From: a virus
Taxonomy: Duplodnaviria; Caudoviricetes
Reading direction: 5' to 3' (one strand)
Virus record (IMG/VR): IMGVR_UViG_3300020045_002431
Coordinates: 1 to 33,151 of that record
DNA length: 33,151 nucleotides
Shown: positions 24,933-33,151 of the stretch, piece after piece
Numbering within the stretch: position 1 is the stretch's first letter
Layout: each line of letters opens with the position of its first letter
The notes under the pieces: generated by a model
Told to the model about the DNA's origin: nothing
The model's input: the letters and a program-made list of their open reading frames with translations, nothing else
Database searches by the model: none
Program-made: the position numbers and the translations under genes

Positions 24933-25000
24933 GCGTGTTCGTAATAAGTAGTTTTCACACAACGGCTACACACAGCCCAAACTAAGAAGGAGAAATAACT

Positions 25001-25885
25001 ATGGCCTTTAAGCCTAAGAATGCAAACAGCACAAGTTCAACTCAGAAGCGTGATTTCGATCCTACACGTAAATATCCAGAGCCGAAGGCTGGCTCCCGCC
25101 CAGCACGAGTTGCTTTGATCGTTGATCTTGGCATTCAGGAACGTGACGATTTTGAAGATCCTGATACAGGCGAATTGAAGCCGCAGAAGCCTGCACACCA
25201 AGTAGCTGTCTTTGCTGACTTGACACATGATGTTGTCGACTATGGTGGTGACATCGGTAATCTTCCTTATCGCCTGTGTCTGAACAAGACCTTCCAAGGC
25301 AAGCTGGAAGGCGTTAATTTCACTGCTGTTCCTCCTCGCGATGCCAAGGGCAATATGATTGATGGCAAGAAGTGGGGTTTCCACCCTGCGAATCTGCTTA
25401 CCAAGATTGCCAAAGCCACAGGCAACCCTGAAGTAATTGAGACAATGGATATTGAAGTTCTTTTGGATGAACCGTTCATGGCAACAGTTGAAGTGAAGAA
25501 AACTGAGTCCAAGGATAAGAAGGATGATGCTGGTAATCCTGTTGTATTCACCAATGTGAATTTCAAGGGCGCTTCTGAAGTCCCTGATCTTGGCGATGGC
25601 CCCATTGTTGTGAAGCCTTTGGCCTCGCCTGCTAAGTGTGTTACGTTTGACAATGCTACAGCAGAAGATCTTAAAACTGTACGTTATAGCATTATTCAGA
25701 AGATTAAGACTGCAACAAACTATGCAGGTTCTGCTATGCAGAAGGCTGTTGAAGAGTTTGAAGCTACACGTGAAGAGAAGCCTGAACAATCTGCTCCTGC
25801 TAAGGTCGAAAGCAAGCCAGCAGCTAAAGTGAAGGCAGCACCTAAGCCTGCTCCTGACTTTGACGACGATTCCATTCCTTTCTAG
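25001..25885 (+). CDS. ssb: single-stranded DNA-binding / annealing protein
   Basis: replication-module position; Pro/Ala/Lys-rich linker and acidic C-terminal tail DFDDDSIPF; own promoter and terminator. Confidence 0.75.
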   Translation: MAFKPKNANSTSSTQKRDFDPTRKYPEPKAGSRPARVALIVDLGIQERDDFEDPDTGELKPQKPAHQVAVFADLTHDVVDYGGDIGNLPYRLCLNKTFQGKLEGVNFTAVPPRDAKGNMIDGKKWGFHPANLLTKIAKATGNPEVIETMDIEVLLDEPFMATVEVKKTESKDKKDDAGNPVVFTNVNFKGASEVPDLGDGPIVVKPLASPAKCVTFDNATAEDLKTVRYSIIQKIKTATNYAGSAMQKAVEEFEATREEKPEQSAPAKVESKPAAKVKAAPKPAPDFDDDSIPF

Positions 25886-25897
25886 GCAACATTAAAT

Positions 25898-25923
25898 AAG
25901 CCCCCTCTCACGAGGGGGCTTTT
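25898..25923 (+). terminator. intrinsic terminator
   Basis: AAGCCCCCTC-4-GAGGGGGCTT plus short T run. Confidence 0.75.
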
Positions 25924-25932
25924 GGAGTAACT

Positions 25933-26436
25933 ATGGAAACTAAAGTATGTAAGCAGTGTAATCAAAAATGTCTTTTATCAGAATACTACGCCCAGAAAAA
26001 TGGAAAACTATTTGGGAAATGTAAGATATGCGTAAAACAAAACGTAGCGGCCAACAAGGAAGTAAAGAAAGATTACTATACTGCATACGACCGCAATCGC
26101 CCAAATAAGCATGCCCGAAATAAGCAGAACATCGAGAGACAAAAGTCTGGTAAAGGGAGAGAAGCACATCTGGATTCAAGTAGAAGTTGGTCTGCCAGGA
26201 ACAAGAAACAAAAGGCTGCTAACTCTGCCGTGTCTAATGCAGTCCGAGCAGGCACCCTGAAGAAACTTCCTTGTCTGGTTTGTGGAGAATTAGAGGTAGA
26301 AGGCCACCACCCAGATTATGATTCTCCTTTATCTGTTATTTGGCTGTGTATAAAGCACCACAAAGAAATACACAGGAAGTACAATCAAGAAGAGGATTTA
26401 GCCTTTCTTGAAAGTACAAACAAAACGGACACCTAG
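25933..26436 (+). CDS. HNH-like endonuclease with N-terminal Zn finger
   Basis: CKQC...CKIC; PCLVCG...EGHHPDY...WLCIKHHKEIH. Confidence 0.8.
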   Translation: METKVCKQCNQKCLLSEYYAQKNGKLFGKCKICVKQNVAANKEVKKDYYTAYDRNRPNKHARNKQNIERQKSGKGREAHLDSSRSWSARNKKQKAANSAVSNAVRAGTLKKLPCLVCGELEVEGHHPDYDSPLSVIWLCIKHHKEIHRKYNQEEDLAFLESTNKTDT

Positions 26437-26447
26437 GAGGAGACTTT

Positions 26448-27398
26448 ATGGCAGAATTAGCAGTGATAGACGGAGACACGGTAGCCTTTCGTGCAGCAGC
26501 TATGAACGAACGACGAAGTATTGTTGTTACACATAAGCCTACAGGCCGAACTTCTGAGTTTGATAATCGTACAGCTTTTAAAGAACACATTGGCACCAAG
26601 TGGGATATTCTTGATTTTGATATTGAAGACAAGCAAACTCCAGAAGATATTCGATATGCACTTGGGGCAGCTAAGGCCACTATCAAATCAATTTGTGAAA
26701 AGCTTGACACGTCCAATTACAAAGTGGTAATGTCAGGGGAGGGCAACTTCCGCCTCGATATTCCCTTACCTAAGCGTTACAAACACAAACGCCCTGAAGC
26801 AAAACCTTTGCAGCTAAAGGCTGTTAGGGACTACCTAATTAAACACCACGCAGCAGACGTAACCTCTGGCTGTGAAGCTGATGATGTACTGGCTCAGTGG
26901 GCTTGGCGGGGGTTTAAAGAGGGTAAAGAGATTGTGCAATGCTCTCAAGATAAAGACGCCTACTCAAATGCGGGGTATCTGTATAACTTTGTGAAGGATG
27001 AGGACATTCTCTATATCTCTGGTCTTGGCGAGTTGCACCTTGAAGGAACGAAGGTTAAGGGCACGTCACGTAAATGGGAATACGCGCAAATTATGCTGGG
27101 TGATTCTGTAGACTGTTACAAGCCAACAGATCTGTGCAAAGTGAAGTTTGGAGACAAGTCTGTGTACAATCTGCTTGTTGATTTAAAGACGGATAAAGAG
27201 TGCTGGGAAGCAATGGCTTGCACGTACAAGCTTTGGTATCCAGAACCTGTTTGCTACAAGGCATGGGACGGTGTCGAGCATACCAAAGATTATCTGGACA
27301 TTCTGCAAATGTACGTCGATTGTGCACATATGCGCCGCTGGGAAAACGACAGGGTTATTGTCAAAGACGTCCTAACCAAATTGAAGATTGACTTTTGA
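26448..27398 (+). CDS. 5'-3' exonuclease (T7 gp6/FEN-like)
   Basis: IDGD, NFR...YK, EADD, SQDKD, GDSVD motifs. Confidence 0.9.
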   Translation: MAELAVIDGDTVAFRAAAMNERRSIVVTHKPTGRTSEFDNRTAFKEHIGTKWDILDFDIEDKQTPEDIRYALGAAKATIKSICEKLDTSNYKVVMSGEGNFRLDIPLPKRYKHKRPEAKPLQLKAVRDYLIKHHAADVTSGCEADDVLAQWAWRGFKEGKEIVQCSQDKDAYSNAGYLYNFVKDEDILYISGLGELHLEGTKVKGTSRKWEYAQIMLGDSVDCYKPTDLCKVKFGDKSVYNLLVDLKTDKECWEAMACTYKLWYPEPVCYKAWDGVEHTKDYLDILQMYVDCAHMRRWENDRVIVKDVLTKLKIDF

Positions 27399-27408
27399 AG
27401 GAGAGAAC

Positions 27409-27588
27409 ATGTCACGAACTTTACTGCAACCTAGCTGGTATGAGTACAGAATGCTGAAGGAAAAGTTTCCAGATGGATCTAAATATGAAAGCGAATACAC
27501 CGAAGGTGGCTATTTGAATACAGATTACACAACGTACTATGTGGACGGAAAGGAAGTATTCACAAAGAGTCATGGAAACTATTCATGA
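27409..27588 (+). CDS. small hypothetical protein
   Basis: MSRTLLQPSW..., AAGGAG RBS. Confidence 0.65.
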   Translation: MSRTLLQPSWYEYRMLKEKFPDGSKYESEYTEGGYLNTDYTTYYVDGKEVFTKSHGNYS

Positions 27589-27782
27589 ACCCCTCCCAAT
27601 TCACCTTCCTCCGTCAGCAGCACTACTTCCAAGAAATCTCCGCAGAATATGATTTCTTCACGATGGTACAATCTGATTACGTAGGAAATAAATGGGGAAG
27701 TTCTTTTCCAGATACATTCCGTGAGCATCAGATTGCTCATAAATGGAATAGGAAATTGGCTCGTAAGATTGCTGTTAAATAA
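27585..27782 (+). CDS. small hypothetical protein
   Basis: 65 aa, ATGA overlap. Confidence 0.65.
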   Translation: MNPSQFTFLRQQHYFQEISAEYDFFTMVQSDYVGNKWGSSFPDTFREHQIAHKWNRKLARKIAVK

Positions 27783-27797
27783 GATAAGGAGAAGGGT

Positions 27798-28076
27798 ATG
27801 AGCAACATTGTTCCGGTAAAGAGTGATGGAGGGAGTAGCGACTATTATAAGATTGTTGTTCAGACATCACACGGCCCTGCAAACGTAGAGGTGAATGACC
27901 TTATATATGCGCTGGTTGGTGGAGACTTTGATCTTGGCAATGTTACGAAGGCATGCCGTAGAATGTACCTGTCCAGTAAAGGTGGTGGCAAGGAAGGCAC
28001 TGACATTGCCTATGACGTGTCAAAGTCTAAATGGTTTCTCGACGATTTTCTTATGCGCTTTGGTAAGGGGCAATAA
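27798..28076 (+). CDS. hypothetical phage protein (possibly DUF3310-like)
   Basis: SDGGSSDYY...FDLGNVTKACRR...K.GTD.AYD..K.KWF. Confidence 0.7.
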   Translation: MSNIVPVKSDGGSSDYYKIVVQTSHGPANVEVNDLIYALVGGDFDLGNVTKACRRMYLSSKGGGKEGTDIAYDVSKSKWFLDDFLMRFGKGQ

Positions 28077-28077
28077 T

Positions 28078-28392
28078 ATGATCTGGCTCTTCTGGTTGCT
28101 TGGAGCTAACGTATGTATAGCTGTTGTAGAGAGCATTTACAGAGGAGCCTTCTACCATAGCTTTTGGATAGCTTTGCCATACATTTTTATTCCGATGATG
28201 CTAGGGCAGCTCTGCTTGTTCTATGGGTTTCGTCAAGGGCCAAGCCTGTTCGTCTGCGGAAGCGTGTTCACTTTGATCAACGTAGTCTTCAGAATTGTAA
28301 ACACATACCGGCTACATGAAGCCTTAAATATGTATAACTGGCTTGGTGTAGCATTCCTTGCAGCCTCTGTGCTGCTGTTGAAAGTTAAATAG
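28078..28392 (+). CDS. 4-TM membrane protein, SMR/DMT-like (104 aa)
   Basis: four hydrophobic segments, Glu at end of TM1, C-terminal E-A-L-N..NWLGVAFLAASVLLL pattern. Confidence 0.65.
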   Translation: MIWLFWLLGANVCIAVVESIYRGAFYHSFWIALPYIFIPMMLGQLCLFYGFRQGPSLFVCGSVFTLINVVFRIVNTYRLHEALNMYNWLGVAFLAASVLLLKVK

Positions 28393-28405
28393 GAGGGGTG
28401 AAGAA

Positions 28406-28582
28406 ATGAAACGTCTACCTAGTGACCACTATTTTCGTACAGTGGAGACCGTAAAGGATTATCAAACATTTATAATGAGCGGGATGAGCTGGGAGTGGGA
28501 GCCCGAGTGTCCTGAATCTTGGGCGGAACATTGTCGATTGAAGGAAGTCTGGTTGGAGCATAAAGCCTATGACGGAACTTAA
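28406..28582 (+). CDS. small hypothetical protein (58 aa)
   Basis: MKRLPSDHYFR...SGMSWEWEPECP...*, AGGAGG RBS. Confidence 0.65.
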   Translation: MKRLPSDHYFRTVETVKDYQTFIMSGMSWEWEPECPESWAEHCRLKEVWLEHKAYDGT

Positions 28583-28895
28583 AAAGAAACTGGTGGAGGT
28601 TGAAGTGACTTGTCCTGTGGTTGATCCACTTGCGTGTTGCACGTTAAAGGGTCTTCTATTAGCAACCCAAAGACTAATACATACCTACGGGGATGAAGCC
28701 ACATTTATGGTAGATAGTGGCTATAATCACACCACGTTCTCTGTGTCCTTTATGCAAGAAGAGACAGATGCAGAGTTTGAGAAGCGGAAGGCATTCAACG
28801 TGAAGAAAAAGGAAATAGAGCGGAAAGCTAAAGACAAGGCACTACTGAAGGAGCGTGAGACATATGAAAAGCTGAAGGCTAAATATGGCTCTTGA
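28569..28895 (+). CDS. hypothetical protein
   Basis: ETDAEFEKR...ERETYEKLKAKYG. Confidence 0.8.
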   Translation: MTELKKKLVEVEVTCPVVDPLACCTLKGLLLATQRLIHTYGDEATFMVDSGYNHTTFSVSFMQEETDAEFEKRKAFNVKKKEIERKAKDKALLKERETYEKLKAKYGS

Positions 28896-29388
28896 TGACG
28901 ATAAAGCTTTTTGGACTTGGTTCCGTTCAGGCCTGCGAAGACTCTCGCAACGCTATCCTTCCCTGTACTCCGTACTAGCAGAGGCTAAACGTCCCTACAA
29001 CGGCCCTAATAAGCGCCAGAAGGTGTGCTATGAGTGTGCAGAGTGTAAGGGGTTATTCTCAGGTAAAGACGTGGCTGTAGATCATATAGAGGCTTGTGGA
29101 GCACTTACTTGCAAGCAGGACGTTGCAGACTTCGTTGATAAGCTGTTCTGTGGCAAGGAAGGTCTACAAGTATTGTGCAAAACCTGCCATGATTTGAAGA
29201 CGATTATGGATAAGAACGGAGTGAGCAAGGAAGAGGCATACGTTATGCAAGATCTGACAAAGTTTAAGGGGATGAAGGCAGCAGATCAAATAAACCTCTT
29301 GACCTTTTTCAACATTGATGTTAGAATGCTCAACAATGCCAAAGCTCGTGCAGAGGCTTATCGTAATTACTTAAAGGAGATTAAATAA
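28885..29388 (+). CDS. HNH endonuclease (core phage type)
   Basis: YECAECK...AVDHIEACG...LQVLCKTCHDLKT. Confidence 0.85.
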   Translation: MALDDDKAFWTWFRSGLRRLSQRYPSLYSVLAEAKRPYNGPNKRQKVCYECAECKGLFSGKDVAVDHIEACGALTCKQDVADFVDKLFCGKEGLQVLCKTCHDLKTIMDKNGVSKEEAYVMQDLTKFKGMKAADQINLLTFFNIDVRMLNNAKARAEAYRNYLKEIK

Positions 29389-29558
29389 TGGCTAGTCTAA
29401 CAATGGAAGTGAAAGTAACAGAGCTAGACATCTTCCGAGATGTAGCAAAGGAGCTTGTGTTTCTGCGATTCTTTTATAAGCAGATGTGTGATTACGATGA
29501 AGTGGCTTCTGGTGGGATGAAGGAAGCATATTGTGGCGAATTGCCGGAGGGGTATTGA
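29388..29558 (+). CDS. small hypothetical protein (56 aa)
   Basis: MASLTMEVKV...ELPEGY*, AAGGAG RBS, overlaps both neighbours by 1 nt. Confidence 0.65.
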   Translation: MASLTMEVKVTELDIFRDVAKELVFLRFFYKQMCDYDEVASGGMKEAYCGELPEGY

Positions 29559-30547
29559 TGAGCAGCATTATAGAATGGCGTCAGGACGCGTCTTTGTACG
29601 CAGAGCAGGGCAAAGGGCCACGAGAGATTTCTCGTTTATTGGATGTTCCTTACAGCAGTGTTTGGGATTACTTGAACAAGGGGATTGAACGAACTGTTAC
29701 CTACAAATCTCCTACTCCAGACCAACCAATGCTTCGCTGGACATCGCCAGTGAAAAGTGATATTGTTCGTATCAACACAGACCAAACTAAACAAGGCCCA
29801 ACGATTATCTACATTCCCGATAGCCAAGTGAAGCCCGATACTGATACGGAATACCTTCGTTGCATTGGTGAATACATCGCCTATAAGAAGCCGGATGTGA
29901 TTGTGTGTGCAGGAGACTTTGCAGATATGCCAAGCCTGTCTAGTTACGATAAGGGGAAGAAGTCTGCTGAAGGAAAGCGTGTAGCTCTGGACATTCAGGC
30001 GAGTATTAACGGAATGAACGTGTTGCTATCACCTATCAAGGCTACGCAGATAAAAGACCCAAGTTGGAAGCCACGGATGACACTTACACTAGGCAACCAC
30101 GAAGAGAGAATCCTCCGTCACGTAGAAGCTAATCCAGAGCTTGAAGGTTTCCTCGGGTTGAAGGAGCTTCGCTACGAAGACTCTGGTTGGGAAGTAGTAG
30201 ATTTCCTGAAGCCTGTTGTGATTGGGGGAGTAACCTTCATACATTACTGGCCGCACCCGATGACTGGGAAACCAATGGGCGGGTCTGCATTGAATGTACT
30301 GAAGTCCACTGGCTGCTCAGTAGTGCAAGGGCATCGCCAAACACTTGACGTAGCGACCAGAACACTTCATACTGGTGTACAGCAGTGGAGTATTATTGCT
30401 GGGGCAAGCTACGACTTTGACGAGTCTTATAAAGGTTTTACTGGTAATAAACATCACCGTGGTATTGTTGTTATGCATAATGTTGAAGACGGAGGCTTTA
30501 GCCCTTTGTTCATTGATATTGAATACTTGAAGAAACGATTTAAATAA
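29558..30547 (+). CDS. calcineurin-like metallophosphoesterase with N-terminal HTH
   Basis: PDSQ, GDFAD, GNHE, H, QGHRQ; N-terminal GPREISRLLDVPYSSVWDYL. Confidence 0.88.
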   Translation: MSSIIEWRQDASLYAEQGKGPREISRLLDVPYSSVWDYLNKGIERTVTYKSPTPDQPMLRWTSPVKSDIVRINTDQTKQGPTIIYIPDSQVKPDTDTEYLRCIGEYIAYKKPDVIVCAGDFADMPSLSSYDKGKKSAEGKRVALDIQASINGMNVLLSPIKATQIKDPSWKPRMTLTLGNHEERILRHVEANPELEGFLGLKELRYEDSGWEVVDFLKPVVIGGVTFIHYWPHPMTGKPMGGSALNVLKSTGCSVVQGHRQTLDVATRTLHTGVQQWSIIAGASYDFDESYKGFTGNKHHRGIVVMHNVEDGGFSPLFIDIEYLKKRFK

Positions 30548-30556
30548 AGGAGGGGT

Positions 30557-30850
30557 ATGAGCACAATCAAATACCTAGATAAGTCACTGCATGGCTACTT
30601 CAGACATTGGCTTGAATATGGAACATTTTGGCTGATTGTTGCAGTGAAGAAAGCAGCGGATGGTAATACAATTCTTGTAGTTCCAGATGATATTATGGAA
30701 GGCATTCTCGACCATGCTTCTGGAGGCATGGTTGCTAACATCACAAACGGATATGTTCGAGTACCTACAAAACAAATGATGTTATTTAAAGATACGTGGG
30801 TAATGTCTGAAGTAGAGTTACCTAAAGAAGTAGTTCAAGCACTTAAATAA
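30557..30850 (+). CDS. hypothetical protein
   Basis: 97 aa, AGGAGG RBS. Confidence 0.8.
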   Translation: MSTIKYLDKSLHGYFRHWLEYGTFWLIVAVKKAADGNTILVVPDDIMEGILDHASGGMVANITNGYVRVPTKQMMLFKDTWVMSEVELPKEVVQALK

Positions 30851-30862
30851 AGGAGAAACAAA

Positions 30863-31045
30863 ATGAATAACACAAATTACTTCTGGGGAGTTGAATCTTA
30901 CATCAACGGCTCCTACACCCTTCTGCAAGGTGACCCTACCCGAGACGGTGCTCGTGCTCTTCAGCGTTACCTGAAGGCGGCTAAGAGCCTCGCTGTGCCC
31001 TCTCGTATTCGTAAGTACAGCCAAGTTACTGATAGTCGAGGCTAA
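30863..31045 (+). CDS. small hypothetical protein
   Basis: 60 aa, AAGGAG RBS. Confidence 0.7.
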   Translation: MNNTNYFWGVESYINGSYTLLQGDPTRDGARALQRYLKAAKSLAVPSRIRKYSQVTDSRG

Positions 31046-31046
31046 C

Positions 31047-31307
31047 ATGTGCAACTGTCTGTCTGGGGCTAAAACCCCTGAAATGACTGATCACGGAGGT
31101 CGTTATCAACTGGCTTGGCACCATCCTAACTGCGAGGACTTCGTCACAAAGGAATACACTTGTGTAGATTGTGATGGAAGTTTTGTGATTCTTCGAGAAG
31201 AAGAAGTAGCAGATTTCTACGATGGGGAGAATGAAGGCCTTGTTTTCTCTAAAGTGCTGCTCACAGATGATCAGTATGAAGCTCTTGCAGAATTCGAGGG
31301 CTTCTAA
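31047..31307 (+). CDS. hypothetical protein
   Basis: MCNC...HHPNC...YEALAEFEGF. Confidence 0.75.
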   Translation: MCNCLSGAKTPEMTDHGGRYQLAWHHPNCEDFVTKEYTCVDCDGSFVILREEEVADFYDGENEGLVFSKVLLTDDQYEALAEFEGF

Positions 31308-31621
31308 TGATTGTCCAAGAGCATCTCCCTTCAATGGGCGTTACAGTGGCTCTGGCTAAGGAAGGCGACGTGTCCCGTATCGCATTTGAGCGTGATACTC
31401 GCCTTCCAGCTTTTATTGATGTACAAGGAGAAATAACTGGCATTTGGGATAAGAAGTGTGTTACAATAGACGGAACGGATTATGCAAGCAATACATGGCA
31501 TACCCTCACAGAAGGCTCTCCACTTTGGAACTACTTCAAAGATATGATTGGACAGCATCTGAAAGACTTGGCAGTATTTAACGAGCAATCTAATTCGTGG
31601 CAATATCGGCATAGAACGTGA
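31307..31621 (+). CDS. hypothetical protein
   Basis: 104 aa, TAATG overlap. Confidence 0.75.
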   Translation: MIVQEHLPSMGVTVALAKEGDVSRIAFERDTRLPAFIDVQGEITGIWDKKCVTIDGTDYASNTWHTLTEGSPLWNYFKDMIGQHLKDLAVFNEQSNSWQYRHRT

Positions 31622-31633
31622 CAAGGAGGACTG

Positions 31634-32113
31634 ATGAATCGAATATATGATTGTGTAGCAAGTGTTGTAGAGTTTCAAACTTTGACAGGAAAGCTGGATC
31701 ATGTGGCAAGCCGAGATGATTTGCTTAATCAAGCAAAGCTTGTGTTGGAAGAAGCGAAGGAGCTAGTCTTTGCCGTGGAGAACCAAAGTGAAGAGGAAAT
31801 CCTGAAGGAGCTTACAGATTGCCTTGTGGTAAATTTTGGCTTTGCAGCAATGCTATCACGCAGCGGGTATGACGTTTATTCAGCGTGGAACGTCACCAAT
31901 TCCAACAACATGAGTAAGTTCTGTACAACACAAACTGATGGGTTTTACACATTGGCTGGCTACCAATCCTCAACACAAGACCATTACGAATTGCGGCAAG
32001 TTGATCGTGATAAATGGGGGTGCTTCAATTCGGCAAATAAGCTTATGAAGCCGATCTCGTATGCCAAGGCCAATGTATCCAAATTCACCCCAACCTACAA
32101 GGAGGAAGTATGA
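31634..32113 (+). CDS. MazG-like / PRA-PH NTP pyrophosphohydrolase
   Basis: LEEAKEL...KELTDCLVV...SNNMSK...KLMKP. Confidence 0.8.
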   Translation: MNRIYDCVASVVEFQTLTGKLDHVASRDDLLNQAKLVLEEAKELVFAVENQSEEEILKELTDCLVVNFGFAAMLSRSGYDVYSAWNVTNSNNMSKFCTTQTDGFYTLAGYQSSTQDHYELRQVDRDKWGCFNSANKLMKPISYAKANVSKFTPTYKEEV

Positions 32114-32385
32114 AGTATTTTAAGCAAAGCGGTAGCGTCTGGGACACTTACTATTGCCTTGACAAAGAGAATGCCTCTGTAAGCATCGTAGAAGCTCGAT
32201 ACACAGATACAGCGAAGTGTCTGGTAGATACCTACCTTGTAGCCACAAACACAGCGGCACGAGGCTCCTATGACGTTCAGGCAGCAGAGGAAATCTCGGG
32301 CTACACAGCTATTACAGCTAAAGAGTGGCATGCTCTGAAGAAGGAAGTGGCAGATAGTATTAAGATGCTGGGGGCTGCACAATGA
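32110..32385 (+). CDS. hypothetical protein
   Basis: 91 aa, AGGAGG RBS. Confidence 0.75.
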   Translation: MKYFKQSGSVWDTYYCLDKENASVSIVEARYTDTAKCLVDTYLVATNTAARGSYDVQAAEEISGYTAITAKEWHALKKEVADSIKMLGAAQ

Positions 32386-32909
32386 TAGTAGCTTACTCAT
32401 TTCGAGATGTTCTGAAGATTCCCGAGTTCAAGGGCATGAATCAATTTGATCTACTTGATCCAAAGATGGATGGCAAGGTGCAGCCTTATCTGTTCAGCCT
32501 TGGTGGGGACACCAACCGAACAATGTCTATCCAAGCCTGTAAGCATCGCTCTACAGAAACAAAACAAGCTCTTGTAGGTTATCGGTACGCATGTCACGAG
32601 CGGATGGACAAGGCTTGGACAGATACGCGACAGTGCTCAATGTCTGCCCGTATTCATTCTCAAGTAGATAAAGACTTGGCATCAGACATGATTCAGATGT
32701 CTAATCAAGGACTTGACTGGGCTTCGTTTGAGAAGTATGCCATCGCTGTAGAAACTAAAAAAGCAAAGGGGAAGCTCGTGATTGAAGATGTGGAAGCAGA
32801 AGAAGATTATTACAGCGACCTCGAAGAGATGGCTATTCTCCGAGACATTCAAATGAGCATTCGTGGCAGCCTGTCTGCTGACGAAGATATGTTCTACACA
32901 GGAGAATAA
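32382..32909 (+). CDS. hypothetical protein
   Basis: 175 aa, ATGA overlap. Confidence 0.8.
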   Translation: MIVAYSFRDVLKIPEFKGMNQFDLLDPKMDGKVQPYLFSLGGDTNRTMSIQACKHRSTETKQALVGYRYACHERMDKAWTDTRQCSMSARIHSQVDKDLASDMIQMSNQGLDWASFEKYAIAVETKKAKGKLVIEDVEAEEDYYSDLEEMAILRDIQMSIRGSLSADEDMFYTGE

Positions 32910-32910
32910 T

Positions 32911-33015
32911 ATGAAAGAGTTTATCATTGAAGTTGTAGCAACGATTTACACTGTTTGTACTATCTCGTTGCCTGTATTGGCCTCTCTGTCTTGTGTCAAA
33001 TATTTGTGCAGCTAA
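32911..33015 (+). CDS. small hydrophobic peptide (34 aa)
   Basis: MKEFIIEVVATIYTVCTISLPVLASLSCVKYLCS*, AGGAG RBS. Confidence 0.5.
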   Translation: MKEFIIEVVATIYTVCTISLPVLASLSCVKYLCS

Positions 33016-33044
33016 TGCTGCCATTAACCCTGAAAGGAAATAAT

Positions 33045-33151
33045 ATGGAAATCATTCTTACCCAGCAACAACGTGAGCTGCTGAAGCAATATAAATCTGA
33101 AGCCTTCGGCCATCTGTCGGAGATTGTAGCAGCAAAGGAGAATCTCAAAGA
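33045..33151 (+). CDS. hypothetical protein, truncated by window edge
   Basis: MEIILTQQQRELLKQY..., AAGGA RBS. Confidence 0.65.
   Translation, partial: MEIILTQQQRELLKQYKSEAFGHLSEIVAAKENLK

Noticed and set aside
25037-25789. Long antisense ORFs (this one, 18661-19347, 10641-11168 and similar)
   Set aside because: Shadows of well-supported genes on the opposite strand.
20663-33040. ACCCTGAAAGGAAA repeated at 20663-76 and 33027-40
   Set aside because: Only two copies and largely composed of the RBS; no further support.
1-33151. CRISPR array, tRNA genes, integrase, reverse transcriptase/retron, stop-codon recoding
   Set aside because: No regularly spaced repeats, cloverleafs or relevant motifs seen; core genes are intact in the standard code and all three stop codons are used.

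Overview
A 33-kb piece of a dsDNA tailed-phage genome, probably lytic and probably infecting a proteobacterium. It covers early, nucleotide-metabolism and replication genes; I saw no structural genes, integrase, tRNA or CRISPR array. Two divergent arms meet at about 15.8-16.4 kb. The left arm (minus strand) carries HNH/AP2 endonucleases, a beta-class DNA methyltransferase, a class II ribonucleotide reductase (nrdJ), an HTH regulator, thyX and many small genes behind sigma70-like promoters. The right arm (plus strand) carries a SleB-like hydrolase, a small alarmone (HD) hydrolase, primase-helicase, family A DNA polymerase, SSB, 5'-3' exonuclease, HNH nucleases, a metallophosphoesterase and a MazG-like pyrophosphatase. 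Highlights not visible in the ORF track: (1) a 180-nt ORF-less group I intron splits the nrdJ catalytic Cys codon, with a free-standing HNH gene coupled directly upstream; (2) an approximately 430-nt nested, highly base-paired candidate ncRNA with its own promoter and terminator sits at the divergence point; (3) a divergent pair of consensus sigma54 (-24/-12) sites with an IHF-like site between them lies upstream of the leftmost early genes; (4) promoters embedded in terminator-like hairpins; (5) an SMR/DMT-like 4-TM membrane protein and an acidic DNA-mimic candidate. All calls are by eye from motifs; no database searches or folding programs were run.
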